A DNA stretch of 64,000 nucleotides, taken from the NCBI RefSeq assembly GCF_018350175.1, contig NC_058386.1, positions 22,258,001-22,322,000 of the forward strand, in the 5' to 3' direction. The translations under genes were made by a program, and so were the position numbers. Shown here piece by piece: positions 1-13,021 of this stretch; the first letter of the stretch is position 1, and the number at the start of each line of letters is the position of its first letter. Under the pieces are notes generated by a model. That model was given only the letters and a program-made list of their open reading frames with translations. It searched no databases and was not told the origin of the DNA. The DNA is from Felis catus. Its lineage: Eukaryota.

Positions 1-2715
1 GTGACGGTTTAAAACAAATCTTGGATTTTATTTTTTCCCCCCAGATGTCAGACCCAGGATACAGACTCGGGGATTTGAATCTGCTACTTGAAAGAAGCAG
101 TTGGCTGTGGAGAGAGCCAAAGATGCAATTTTATAACCAGCAAAGGTTTCAATTATTCATAAAGGAAATGGTTTTTATTTTTATTTTTAGAGATAAATCA
201 GCCACTGAACTGCTGAAGTGAATTAAACTAAACTGGTCAACAAAAATAAGGACAGTAAAGATTCCGAAGAATGAGCACAGCAAAATACTCCTGGACTCAG
301 CACTTTGTTGAAATTGGAAAGGGGGGTGGAGGGCATTGCACGAAATCTACTTTAAAAGATCATATGAATGTTTGGGTTTCAATTTCCTTTGCCGCAGGAT
401 TACTTCTGATTATTACCCTGTTCAAAATATGTTCTTTAAATGTTACAAAGTGAGATTTTCCATTACTAAAGCAAATGCTAAAAAGTATCTTCAGTGGGTG
501 AACCCTTTTACAATTTGAGAGCTACAGTATCTCAAATTCTTTGAATGCCTTGATAAAACTCTATGTACTTGTTTAGGAAGGTTAGAAGAAACGCAGTAAG
601 AATTTCTGATTTCCAGGGAACGTGGCTTTGGGACAACATTTTGATAAAGTTTCTATTACCTAAAAAGATTTTTCACGTCTGTTTGCAAAATTGTTTGAAT
701 TCTCCCATTTTTTAAAGCCAGAACAAGTAGATAGACATCTATAACTATGAAATTATCTCCAAAGTCTCACTGGTATCATTTTTTTTATACAAAAGACTTA
801 AAAACTTCTCAAAACATGTAATTCACATAGATACACACACATTTATAGACAGACATTTTGAGTACCAGTTCATCCCAACATTTCCTTCCTCTTAATATTT
901 CTGCATAAATATAATTGTTGTTTATGAGTCAACAGTGGAAATATTTCACCAAGTTCATGGCTTTTCTATAAATATTTACATTAATCTGAAATGTTCTCGA
1001 TGAATGTTGCATTTTCAACTAATCTGCTCTGAGAACAACACATTGCATAATCTTAGTCTGCAGAGCAAGGCTAGTCAAGAGAAAAAATAACGAAGATGAT
1101 GATAGAATGTACTTGTGGGTACAGACTTCAGTGTAGAAGGAAGACTGAGGTTTTGGCAACAACACCTAGGATAGTGGAACGTCAGGGAAAGTGAATTTGT
1201 CACCAATAACAATGCCAAACAAAGCCACAAGGAAAAGGCACCTTTACCGTGGTACCTACACTTGAGTCTATCTGAAGCCAATAATCAGAAATTTGTAATG
1301 ATTGTGTGATTGACCAACGTGGGCCAGTGAAATGACCACCTCTTTTTTGGAACACTAAATTGACATTGCAGCTGAAGTTCAATAGTATTGTTGGTGGCTC
1401 CAATCAGTAAGATTTGCTAGGACTCCAACATCATCTGCATAATATAGTAATAATTGTTTTTACTTAGGACTGCTATCACAAAGTAACTCAACACCTCCCA
1501 CATAAACAAACAAAATGGTTGACAGACCCTATTTTTCATTAGAGTAATTGCAGGAAGACTGATGAGTGGCCAGGTTAAGTTCTTTGGACTTCATACTGGA
1601 AGCTTCAGAAGCTGGAAAAAGTGATACTTTGTAAATACAGCTCTTGTCTGTCTTATGGTAAACTGATTAAGGGATCAAGCCAACCTCCATTGTGTTTTTC
1701 TTGTCCCTATGTTTTCATGCACTGTGGGTGGCTCTTCCTCACCACTTTTAAAGTATAGTCAGAACAGATGCCATGCTGAACCAGCTAGCTGCAAATTAGC
1801 TCCGAGAGTGGACAATGATTGGAAATGTTCTGTACAGTATTAATTCCACCACAAACCCATCTCAGGTTCATTCCTCCTGCTGTACATTGAGGGTAGAAGA
1901 CAGGAGGCCTTTGATTGGATCAGGGTAAACTTTCCAAGGGACCTTTCCAATAAACATTTGAAGGATACTGCAGTTCGATTTTAGCAGTTCCTCTGGACAG
2001 TTTCTGAACTTAAATAGCTAGAGAACTTGGTTCAACCACACATTCATTTCTACAATATATATCTTCACAGCGTTCAGAGTATATACAAACAACCAGACTT
2101 CCAAAACACCTACTTCATGATTCTTAGGCAAATATGCTGTAATGAAGAGATGACTGTGTTTGAACAAAGAAGACCTGACCTCCTACTAAAGTACCTATTT
2201 GCATACGCCCGTCCAATAAATCCTACCAGGTATCTGGTGGAGGAAGGTCCTGGGGATATTAGGATAATGTGAATCTAGAACTAATTTGAGAAACTGCAGT
2301 CTCGTGATTTGCCTGGTCATAAGTAGAAACATAGTTATTTTCTGTCGTATAAACAAGTTTAAATGAAAATCTCATGTAACATCTAAACAGGTATGTGCCC
2401 TTTCAAAGTATGCCTCTTGGGCAATGTTTACTTATTCCAGTCATTACCACATAAGCCTTAAGTCACTGACTATAAATAATATAAACAAATCAATTTAGAT
2501 GTAAGTAACTGCTGGCTCATGTCCTTGTTTAATTAATACATGCAATATTTATTAAGTACCAACCATGTAATCAGGCACTATGGAGGGCATTTGTAACACA
2601 TAAGTGAACAGATGAGATCCGTTTTTCTCATGATATTTTATACATTCTTCAAATAATCTGAAAGTAAATGGATCATCAGCAATTGGTGCCAATTCGCATT
2701 TGTACAACTTACCCT

Positions 2716-2914
2716 ATTATTTATTTTATTATTTTTTAGAGAGAGTGCATGAGCCTGAGTGGGGGAGAAGGGCAGAGGGAGATAGAGAATCTCAAGCAGG
2801 GTCCATGCTCAGCATCAAGCCGGAAACAGGACTCAATCCCATGACCCTGGGATCATGACCTGAGCTGAAATCAAGAGTCAGGTGTTCAAGTGATTGAGCC
2901 AACCAGGTGTCCCC
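2716..2914 (-). mobile_element. CAN-SINE (SINEC)
   Basis: T-rich tail, GA-rich body, ends ...gagccaaccaggtgtcccc (reverse complement of the SINEC head). Confidence 0.93.
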
Positions 2915-3424
2915 AACTGATCCGATTTTTAACCATGTTTTAGCTGGCTAAAATTCTGTACCTCATGATGGCTAAGTTGCTTTAAATATTTCTATGTGAA
3001 TTATAAAAATAGAACCATAGAATAAGTATATAATGTCTATTTGGTAGGTTACACTAAAGTTACAGCCAGAGATTGCCTTCTGAAAGCCATAAGCATCTTG
3101 AATTGCCCCAAGGAGAGAAAGATTAGTATATGAAACAGAATCATCGCACTAATTTTATTTTCACTCTCTATTTGATAAATGCTCTGAGTATTATTAATAG
3201 GTATACTTTATTTGCCCCAAGTTTACTGTTCTGCTGGATGTGATAAGGGAACTAAACTGCTCAATCTATTAAAATATGAACATAATGTGAAAACAATTTT
3301 ACTTTTGAGTGCTGTACTAGCGTCACTTCTCCTAAATCTTAAAAAACACACCTAATTTAGTAAAATTTAATGATTTTCAAATATATTTTCCATGACTTTA
3401 TATATATGTGACTTATAAATATTA

Positions 3425-3580
3425 NNNNNNNNNNNNNNNNNNNNNNNNNNNNNNNNNNNNNNNNNNNNNNNNNNNNNNNNNNNNNNNNNNNNNNNNNNNN
3501 NNNNNNNNNNNNNNNNNNNNNNNNNNNNNNNNNNNNNNNNNNNNNNNNNNNNNNNNNNNNNNNNNNNNNNNNNNNNNNNN
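3425..3580. other. Assembly gap (156 N)
   Basis: N run. Confidence 1.
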
Positions 3581-3605
3581 CATTAATCCTGGCTTTTCAC
3601 CAAGA

Positions 3606-3807
3606 TTTTTTTTAAGTTTATCTATTTTTTAGACAGCATGCACACAAGTGGGGAAGGGGCAGAGAGAGCAAGACAGAGAATCCCAAGCGGGCTCTGCAAT
3701 GACAGTGCAGAGCCCAATGTGAGGCTCAACCCCACGAACAGTGAGGTCATGACCTGAACTGAAATCAAGAGTCAGATGCTTAACTGACCGAGCCACCCAG
3801 GCGCCCC
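3606..3807 (-). mobile_element. CAN-SINE (felid SINEC)
   Basis: ends ...gagccacccaggcgcccc; T-rich tail at left. Confidence 0.95.
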
Positions 3808-3852
3808 TTTTGGAACGTTAAGTATTGGAATGATCTCTGGCTATGTTTTGCA

Positions 3853-3902
3853 ACAAAACAAAACAAAACCAACCAAACGAACAAACAAACAAACAAAAAA
3901 AC
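3853..3902 (+). repeat. (AAAAC)n/(AAAC)n simple repeat
   Basis: visible tandem units. Confidence 0.85.
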
Positions 3903-4839
3903 AACCCACATAAATACACATAACAAGCCATCTGAAATAAAATTTTTAAATGGTATTTGTAGTGAATAGCATTTTTATATTTCAATCCTTTGTTGATTGG
4001 ATTTTAATTACTGCTCTGAGAGCTCATAAGAAATGTCTACTAAGGATGTTTTTTATACTTGGGTGAACTTGGATTGCTGAGATCTGAAAATGAGTATAGT
4101 ATCATTTGCCTACTTGAAAAGCCATTTGATTCATCTAAGACGTTAGTTCACATATTTATGACAAGAAATGTGTTAATAAATGATCTAGGGCATAAAACTT
4201 TTAAGCAGTTTGGTATCTTTAAATGAGAGGTTTGTCAATGTTTTAATATCCTGACAGAAACCAACTAACCTGTTCCAGTTAATCTAAGATCCATGGTTTG
4301 GCAGCTAACTCATTCATCTTCATCGAATTTGCAAACAACTTTTCTTTTCCTAAAACACTTTTGTTCACATTAGTGCAATTGTTTATTTTTTAGAAATTTC
4401 TCCTCACCAGTCAACATTTCTTTATCATATTGTTTTGTTGTGACACTATTTTCCATGTCATCTCTATTACAAGACTAAATATTTCAAATCATTCATATGC
4501 AGTAAAATGAAGGAGACTCAAATTCTGGCTCACACTCCCTTTTTTCAAGCTTATAAACTGACTGCCAAGAATTAGCTGTGAGGCTTCATAAAGAACTGCC
4601 AAAATCAGAACTAAGTTCCACAGAGATAATCAAATATAGTGAACTAATGAGAACTTCCAAACGGTAGTAATATTATAAAGGAAGCAAGTAAAATTATATT
4701 ATGATTGTAAAATTGTACATGATCTTAGCCAATGAAAATTAGAACCTAAGGGTTAACGAACCCAACATCAAGGTCTATATTCAGCAAACACCAAAGCATA
4801 TAGACAATTATTCCCTTTCGTGTGGAGACAAATAATATC

Positions 4840-5057
4840 TTTTTCAAGTGTATTTATTTATTTTGACAGAGAAAGAAAGAGAGAGGGAGAGAGTGAGCAC
4901 GAGCAGGGGAGGGGCAAAGAGAGAGGGAGAGAGAATCCCAAGCAGGCCCAGCACTGTCAGAGCCCGACATGGTCCCTAACTTGGGAACCATTGAGATCAT
5001 GACTGGAGCAGAAATCAAGAATCAGATGCTTAACCAACTGAGGCACCCAGGTGCCCC
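4840..5057 (-). mobile_element. CAN-SINE
   Basis: ends ...gaggcacccaggtgcccc; flanks share caaataa. Confidence 0.95.
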
Positions 5058-5191
5058 AAATAACCTTGAATCTGAACAGGTAATTAAAAGATGTAGGCAA
5101 CATATGTCCCCAGAGGAAATTGGGGCCATATATGAATCCCTTGAGTACAACTTTATATCAAAAACAATTTATTAAAAAATTGAACTCTTCA

Positions 5192-5386
5192 GGGGCACCT
5201 GGGTTGCTCAGTCGGTCGAGCACCCGACTGCAGCTTAGGTTGTGATCTTGCAGTTCATGAGTTCAAGCCCCACATCAGGCTCTCTGCTGTCAGCCTGTCA
5301 GCACAGAGCCAGCCTTGGATCCTCTGTCCCCTCCCCCAACCCCTCCCCCACTTGTGCTTTCCCCGAAATAAATAAATTTTTAAAAA
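5192..5386 (+). mobile_element. CAN-SINE
   Basis: ggggcacctgggttgctcagtcgg head, gagttcaagccc B-box; TSD-like tgaactcttcag/tgaactattcag. Confidence 0.95.
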
Positions 5387-5439
5387 TAACTGAACTATTC
5401 AGAAACTACGCATTGATAACTATTGAGTGTTTGCAATGA

Positions 5440-6630
5440 CCCTAAAGAACTTCACAGACTAACAAGGGAGATGAAGGGTAGGCAGACATAAAAAAAATAT
5501 TTTCAAACATGATAATCATCGTATTAGGGAAAGGACTCAGTGTATAATGCTAGCTTAGAGGACATCTGCTTCAGGAAATTCAGGAAGGCTGTGGACTAAA
5601 GACGATACTTGTACTGACAAGTACTCCAGGTAGAATACACTCATATGGATATTCCGAAAAGAAAGAAGATCTTCTAAAGAATAAATATGGTTTATGGCAC
5701 AGTGTAAATGTATGTACATGCATGTGTTTAGGCAGCAAAAAATACATGGGCATGAGATAGGAGAAATATGCAGGAGGAGATCATTAAAGACTTGAAGTGA
5801 ACTAAGAGTTTTAATTTCAATTTGGTAAGTAAATAGGGCTTACTGAAGAGTTTTAACATGTAAGTATCATGACTGATTTTGCACTTTCAAAAGACTATTC
5901 TGTTGATTAATGGTCCTAAGATACATTGCATAACACATCACCCCCACACATAGTTACCTGAGAAACCAATAACAGTTGATTAGTATTTTCTGACAGTTTA
6001 CATAGCTCAGGAATTTAAGAGCTGCTTAACTCAAGGTTCTCATGTGGTTGCAGTCAGGATCTTGGTTGGGGCAGAATTCATCAGAAGGCTTGACAGGGGC
6101 TACTAGATATGCTGCAATACTTTTAGAAGTCACATGCTATTACTTCCAGCATGTTCCATTATTCAGGAAAACAAAACAAAACAAAACCTCAAACTTTGAT
6201 TCATTGTGGCAGCAGCCTCCACAAGAGACCTAAGAGAGATGATGATTATCAGGGGCCATTGTGGATGCTATCTATTACAGAACAGAGCCAAGTATCAGGG
6301 AAACTAAACCAGATATAAAAGGTAGTTAGCTTTGAGAATCCAAAGCAGAAATAATGGCCATCTGATTTATAATCATAAAAGAGGGGATAAAGAGAGGAGG
6401 CCTTATTTGAGACACATTTAAAAAGGAGACTTCACAAATATGATCACTGATTGGCTATGGAAGGAAGGGGTGTGCCGAGAACATCAGATGATTGCCAGGT
6501 TTCAGGTTTGGATTATGAAGAAAGGGGTGGGGCAGGAAATGATGATAAAGGAAAAAAAAAATCAAGATTAAGATGGAAAAGTGATCCTTTATTTCCTAAG
6601 ATGGCATTCAATGTCCTGAGAGACTCTCAC
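5440..6630. mobile_element. Degraded L2 fragments, split by the MaLR LTR
   Basis: L2-like purine-rich motifs such as gatgattgccaggtttcaggtttgg. Confidence 0.5.
5900..6280 (-). mobile_element. MaLR LTR (MLT1-like)
   Basis: MLT1 antisense motifs ctcaggaatttaagagctgcttaact and ggttgcagtcagga; ends ...ctattaca. Confidence 0.7.
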
Positions 6631-6649
6631 ATGGATATAATAATCATAA

Positions 6650-6900
6650 TCACAGGCGGCATTCACTGAGAAATTTTTGTGGGCAGGTACTCTTTTAAGT
6701 GCTTTGCATATTCATGTATTAACTAATTTAAACTTAAGGACAAATGCTTGAAGTAGGAACTGACATTATTCCCACATTATAAATGAAGCAAAGACAGATC
6801 AAGTCATTAAGCATAAAATTCCACACCAAGTATCTTTATTCACATTAGAGCTAGGGATCAAAGTCACCTTTAGTTGGGCCTAACTATCTTAATTGCCAGT
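6650..6900. mobile_element. MIR remnant
   Basis: attattcccacattataaatgaagcaaagac resembles the MIR core. Confidence 0.6.
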
Positions 6901-7484
6901 GCCCTTCACCCCCATGCTAACCATCCCTTCTGTCTGAACAATCTGATAAAATCACTCTTATGAAGTTGTTTAAGCCTTAAGACACCAGATTCTTTGGAGA
7001 TTTCCCAATATGAAATACAGAGAAAACTTAATTCCAATAGATCAGTTCCCATGAGAGAATTTCTATTACTAAAGAGAAAAGGCATGGGATTAGATATTAC
7101 GTAGCGTATCAAATTATACTCAAATAAATCTGTTTCACCAATCCTTAAGATCATAAACACAGATTAACAGTAATTGTAAATTTGTGAAAGCAAACTTTGT
7201 TAATATTTCTGTCATCACATCCTATCAAGTAATTCTATTATATAAGGTATATCGCCTTTTGGAAAGGTCATTCAATTTCTTAAGTGAATGAAGTATGTTT
7301 GAGTTCCAAAAGCACATAAATGTCAGGCATGTCACATATCAGAGCAGTAAAAACATTATCAATAATTCAAGCAAAGTATAAGAATCACTTATAGTAATAA
7401 AGGCTTACCCTTTCACATTGATTTGAAAATTCAAAAAAGATGTGAGCAACGATCATTCTTTTTCATTGTGAGATTTTGAGATCT

Positions 7485-7602
7485 ATAATTTAATCCTTAT
7501 CTTGACTCTATCTACCTGTAATCCTCCCACAAACAACTGTAGAGTAGGAATTTTAATTCCTATTGTACAGATAAAGAATGTACTGCTTGACAGGAATAAG
7601 CA

Positions 7603-7634
<32 letters not shown>

Positions 7635-7690
7635 TTACATATTCAAACCAGGGGAAGAAAAACCGGAAAGCAGTTATGGTAGAATGTGAG
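7485..7690. mobile_element. MIR remnant containing a long poly-A tract
   Basis: aatcctcccacaaacaactgt...cctattgtacagataaagaatg; poly-A about 7609-7634. Confidence 0.6.
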
Positions 7691-8276
7691 ATTCTGTGAT
7701 GCTTCTCTGAATGATCATGGGACTTGTGTTTTACGGTCATGGAAGCTGCAGAATAAAAGAAGCAAGGAATATCAAAACATTTTGGGTTTCAATGGAGAAA
7801 TACACATTGGGAAAGATATAAAATTGTCCAATAATTTAATTGTCTTAGCACAAATGTTTTAAATTAGAAAACAAGAAATGCATCAATTTATTGAACAAGC
7901 TATGGGTAACAAGGTCCCAAGAAAGAAGTCAATGGGTACCTTGATAACCAGTAACCATCTGTGACGGACAGGTTGAGCTAACAGAAACTTTCTCTGTTAA
8001 CCATCTATACTATAGTTCTACTTATGCCAACCTACAAACATGATGTTCGGCTGTCACCTGTACTCAGCTTCATTCCTTTCTACACTATGCTTATTCCTCT
8101 ACTTGATTTTTAAAAAGTATCTCAATAACCAGTTATAACTCCTCCAGCATTCATTGCTTTAACTATAACCTGACCTCAATGAACCCTCCCTCGTAGCTCA
8201 GCAAGAAGGTGGATATGTTTCATCTCTAGGGAAGATTGTGCACTGGTCACCAAATTTGAAGTAAAACAAAGATAGA

Positions 8277-8510
8277 GGGGGTGCCTGGCACTGACTTCAG
8301 ACGCAGTCAGTTAAGTGTCCGACTTCGGCTCAGGTCATGATCTCACGATAGGTGGGTTCTAGTCCTGCGTCGGGTTCTGTGCAGACAGCTTGGTGCCTGG
8401 AGCCTCTATTGGGTTCTGTGTTTCTGTCTCTCTCTGACCCTCCCCCGCTCACATTCTGTTGATCTCTCAAAGATAAATGACATTAAAAATTAATTAAAAA
8501 AAAAAGAAAG
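8277..8510 (+). mobile_element. CAN-SINE with rearranged A-box
   Basis: ccgacttcggctcaggtcatgatctcacg body and A tail; head altered at 8289-8306. Confidence 0.93.
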
Positions 8511-8716
8511 AAGATGTAAGCAAAAATTTTTGTTGGCCCAAACTTTCATTCATGATGGCTAGTGATGATGGCTACACATAAAATAAAGATGTCATGTATT
8601 CAGCACGTAATATTCTGCTCCAGGGATACTTGTTATATGAGACAGACTTTATTCACAAACAAAAGCAAGAGCTTGCGGGGAGGGACGGACAGCAGGTGAT
8701 GGGATAAGGAAGAATC

Positions 8717-8865
8717 CAGGGCTGCCGTGAACAGCTGCGCAAGATGTTCACTGACCAAAAGAATTTGGCAAAGGGGCAACTGAGTTTGGCTTTAAAGCCT
8801 ATGCTTCCCCTTGAAAAGATGGGCATTTTTCCAATTCTTACAAAGATGCCACTTGGGTTAAGTCC
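8717..8865. mobile_element. MER91-like hAT-Tip100 element
   Basis: starts cagggctgccgtgaacagctgcgcaagatgttcactg. Confidence 0.55.
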
Positions 8866-9036
8866 AGATCAGCAGGTCAGAGATGGTTTCTTCAGAGCAA
8901 GTGATGCACTAAACCATTTTTAACCGACCCTGCCCCACTACTTACAATGGTCTCTCCTCCTTCCCTTTACCTCGATCTTTTTCTTTTTAAAAGTCTCCTA
9001 GATCCTTAATTTCCTCCGAGTTACTGACAGTTGTAA

Positions 9037-9549
9037 GGGAATGTACAAACACCTGTGGGTCAGGTTCAGGTCACATGTTTTTTTGTGTGCCCTGCAAACT
9101 ACAATAGGTTTTTATATTTTTAAATGGTTGAAAAAATTAAGTTTTTTGTTTAAGTTTTATTTATTTCTTTTGAGAGAGACAGAGACAGCATGAGTGGGGG
9201 AGGAAGAGAGAATTCCAAGAAGGCTCCACGCTGTCAGTGTAGAGCCCCATGTGGGGCTCAAACCCACAAACCATGAGATCGTGACCTGAGCTGTAACCAA
9301 GGGTCAGATGTTTAAGTGACTGAGTCACCCAGGCACCAGAAAAAAAAAATGAAGTATTTAAGGACGTGCGGCAATTCTACAAGATTCACGCTTCAATGCG
9401 CATAAGTTTTTTAGGCTGCAGAGCCATGCTTATACATTTATATACTGTGAACCCTTTTATGCTAGTGTTGAGTAGTTGCAATACAGTATGGTATCCTCAG
9501 CTGAAAATATTCAGTATCTGAAACTTTATGTGAAGTTTACCAACCCATG
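9037..9549. mobile_element. MER58-like hAT-Charlie element, interrupted by a SINE
   Basis: gttgagtagttgcaatacag...gctgaaaatattcagtatctg...gtttaccaacccatg. Confidence 0.7.
9142..9337 (-). mobile_element. CAN-SINE
   Basis: gagatcgtgacctgagctg...gagtcacccaggcacc. Confidence 0.93.
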
Positions 9550-9693
9550 AGCTAGTAAGTTCACGTTAATTTACATGGCCTATCATTTTATTTTGTATAT
9601 TCCTACTTTCTCTGAGCCCTTAACCTGGAGGTATAAATATCTCGACTCAAGACATGAGTCATCAGAGAACTCTTCAGAATCTGGTTCCAAACA

Positions 9694-9883
9694 GGGGCAC
9701 CTGGGGGAGCCCCGTTGGTTAAGTGACGATTTCGGCTCAGGTCATGATCTCACTTGTGGAATCCAGTACCCCATCACGGAGCCTGCTTGGGATCCTCTCT
9801 CTCTGCACCCCTCTTGCCCTGCTTGCACCACACATGCATACTCTGTCACTCCCTCAAAATAAATAAATAAGCCTAAAAAAAAT
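9694..9883 (+). mobile_element. CAN-SINE, internally deleted
   Basis: perfect 16-bp direct repeat atctggttccaaacag at 9679-9694 and 9884-9899; B-box region missing. Confidence 0.93.
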
Positions 9884-10673
9884 ATCTGGTTCCAAACAGT
9901 CATTCAGGTCTCCATTCGGGACCAAGTTCTATCTTCACAGATCCCACACCACAATCACTCTCAATATCCTAAGGTTCCTGACCATACATTCTTTCATACC
10001 TCAGAGGACCTCAAAGTGCTCTGAGTTCAGGCCAGGGCAAAAATCCCTTCAGTGCCAGTTGAAAGCTGCATGGCTTCAGACAATTACTCAAGCATTTAGA
10101 TTCATGGTTTGTAATTTTTGTTTTTTTTAAATTTTTAAATTTTTAAATTTTTATTTTTTATTTTTGTTTTTATTTTTCAAAGAGGATTGCTAATCGTTTC
10201 CTCAGAGGATGCTTGTGATGAACCGATTACAGAATATGAATTGCCTAGAAAATTACATAGTAACTTCTAGTTTTCTTTTACTTTCCTTCAACTTGCCTTT
10301 TCTTTGGGAAGTCATTTCAAATTTTAAGGCAATTCGTGTATCATCTCCTCTGGGCAACTACCTTGGATTCTCTCACACAGAGCTAGGTACTTTTCCAACA
10401 AAGCCGGTTGTCGCCGTGGGCTCCCTTTGCCTTCTCAGAGGGGAATTTGTAACATTACAGCAGAAATACTGGACTTATAAGGTTGCTTTGCTATAAAGGC
10501 TAAATGATCACAGTTATGAAAATGCCTTGTCAAAGAGGAGACTCTGAAAAGGCCACTGCTCTTTCATTAGTTCTGATACTAGCCCCCAGTACTCACTCAG
10601 CACCTAACATGCGCTAGGAAGACAGAAATATGGGACAGGTGAATGAATAAATAAATGAATGAACGGGCTAGAG

Positions 10674-10857
10674 CAATGATTCTCAAATGTTAGTCTGCAT
10701 CATAATTAGCCAGGGGGCTTATGAAAACCCAGGTTGCTGGGTCCAAAGGCAGAGTTTTTGATTCCAGAGGTCTGGGATATGGCTCGATTTTGCATTTCTA
10801 ATAAGCCCTTTAAAAATGGTGGCAATGCTGACCTGGGAGATGCAATCCGAGAACCAC
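10674..10857. mobile_element. MER5A-like hAT-Charlie MITE
   Basis: caatgattctcaa...gagaaccact inverted termini; tttgcatttctaataag motif. Confidence 0.8.
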
Positions 10858-11435
10858 TAACTTAGAATAATCTTAAGTTCTTAATACCAACCATTCTGTC
10901 ACCACATCACCCAGGTATCAATTTGTTTGGTTTTGCACATTTGGCTGCTCTGTATCTGAAAATGGTCTTTAAAACTCCAGAATATTCTACACTCTTATTT
11001 ATCCACATTTTTACTGAAAGGATAGGACAATGAGAGAGTCAACTTTACTTGGTTAAATTAGAAAATATTTTATCAAGTGTGTATGTGGATGAGTAAATAG
11101 CACTTTGCCACTAAAAGAAATATAAATAATGACAAGAGCTAAAATGAAACCCACAATATCATGTTTATGTTTCAATAAATGTTTTAACAAAATGTATAGT
11201 ACATAACAGATACAAAACTATAAAAAATCAGTTATAAAAATAATATTTTAAAAAGACAATAGGTTAAGAGGTAAAACTTTAATGGCACTAGGGCATTGTC
11301 TCCATTGAAACCTAGAAACACCTACAGTCAATGTTATATTTAAATTTATTGTACTTGTATTACTCTTGAAAAAGATTACCTTTTTACTATAAGGGAAATT
11401 ATTATCAAGCATATTCTAAAATGGTTTATGTCACG

Positions 11436-11658
11436 TTTTTTTTTTAATTTTTTTTTCAACATTGATTTATTTTTGGGACAGAGAGACAGAGCACGAACGG
11501 GGGAGGGGCAGAGAGAGAGGGAGACACAGAATCGGAAACAAGCTCCAGGCTCTGAGCCATCAGCACAGAGCCTGACGCGGGGCTCGAACTCACGGACCGC
11601 GAGATCGTGACCTGGGTGAAGTCGGACGCTTAACCGACTGCGCCACCCAGGCGCCCCC
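11436..11658 (-). mobile_element. Young felid SINEC (SINEC_Fc type)
   Basis: CpG-rich, near consensus: ggctcgaactcacggaccgcgagatcgtgacc...gactgcgccacccaggcgcccc. Confidence 0.97.
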
Positions 11659-11839
11659 TATTTCACATGTTTTTATTGATAAATGTTTACAAAAATGTCT
11701 GCAAATAAAATTTTTAAAGATTAAGAAACACATAGGGCCTAAATTGACTATAAAGTATATATCACACATTGAACATTGACATTTCATTATGATAGGCTAA
11801 TTCAGATGTCAAGGGGATGTCATTTTACTTCCTGAATGA

Positions 11840-13021
11840 TGTAGGGGTGGAAAAATTGTTTTCCCTCTATGCTTCTAGGTTCTTGGGTGACAGCCACTTT
11901 AAGAAAAGACAGATTCATAGGGGAAAAAAGGCTAATAACTTGTCTTTTCTATGTATACAGGAAGTATATGTGTTATTAAACTTGAACACTATTTGTTGTT
12001 TTCTCCTGCTATTCTCTCTTTTATTCCAGGGGAGTCTCAGGTAAGCATCTAAAGTGGTAGAAGGAAAATCATTTTTCCTTTGCCACACCAGGAAAACTGA
12101 ATTCCTCCCTGAAATGGTTCAAGGCATAACCCTAAATACCATCTTTCGTTAAAATCAAAAGAATACGTTGCCCGATATTTACTGCAGCATTATTTACAAC
12201 ATCCAAGATATGGGAGCAACCTAAATGTCCATCAATAGACTGACAAGGAAAATGTGATCGATACATACAATGGAGTATTACACGGCCATAAACATGGGTG
12301 AAATTGTGCCTTTTGAGGCAACATGGATGGACCTAGAGGGTACCTTACAAATGAAATAAGTTCACCTGAGAAATACCAATACTGCGTGATTCCACTCATA
12401 AGTGGAATCTTAAAAAAATGCACAAACAAAAAGCAGAATCAGAACTACAGAGAACAGAGTCATGGATGCTAGAGGGAAGGGGTGGTGGGAGGGTTGAGCA
12501 AAATGGGTGAAGACAAGTGGAAGACACAGGCCTCCAGTTACAGAATGAGTAAGTCATGGGAATAAAAAGCAAAGCATAAGAAATATAGTCAATGCTATTG
12601 CAATAGCAATGTAATGGGACAGGTGGTAGCTATACTTGCACTGAACAGAGCATAATGTATAAATTTGTCAAGTCACCAAACTGTGAAAAAAAAAAAAAAA
12701 AGATGATGCTGGGGATGGGGAGTCAGTTACAGAAGGGTACCAGAAAGAACACAGAAAACAAGGGTGTGGTTGCTATGCAGATTTAAGTCCTTCCCTTCTA
12801 CGATGTTAAGAGTTTCTGGAGATTCAGAGAGATCCCTGTATTCCTGCGACAGAGAGAGAGAGACAGCCTTACAAACGGAGCTTTCCCTTATAAATGCAAA
12901 CATCTCTTACAAAAAGGTGACTTCTGTGCTGAATTTCTACTGTTTCTTAAAAATAACCAGCTCAGAATACTGTTAACAATGAAGAAACATAATCTGGGGT
13001 GACAAATTCTGCTCCCTTTCA
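11840..13021 (-). mobile_element. ERV1 solo LTR (MER34-like) with nested insertions
   Basis: TG...CA ends, perfect 4-bp TSD ATGA; minus-strand start tgaaagggagcagaatttgtcacccc. Confidence 0.88.
12163..12701 (+). mobile_element. L1 3' fragment (L1MA-like) inserted in the LTR
   Basis: gcagcattatttacaac...aacatggatggacctagagg; poly-A; flanks share aaaaga. Confidence 0.9.

Noticed and set aside
3408-3632. ORFs spanning N runs (also at 25.5, 34.7, 38.2 and 45.8 kb)
   Set aside because: Artefacts of translating through gaps.
5192-5270. SINE heads as tRNA genes (applies to all copies)
   Set aside because: tRNA-derived CAN-SINE heads followed by CT tract, A tail and TSD; no full cloverleaf.
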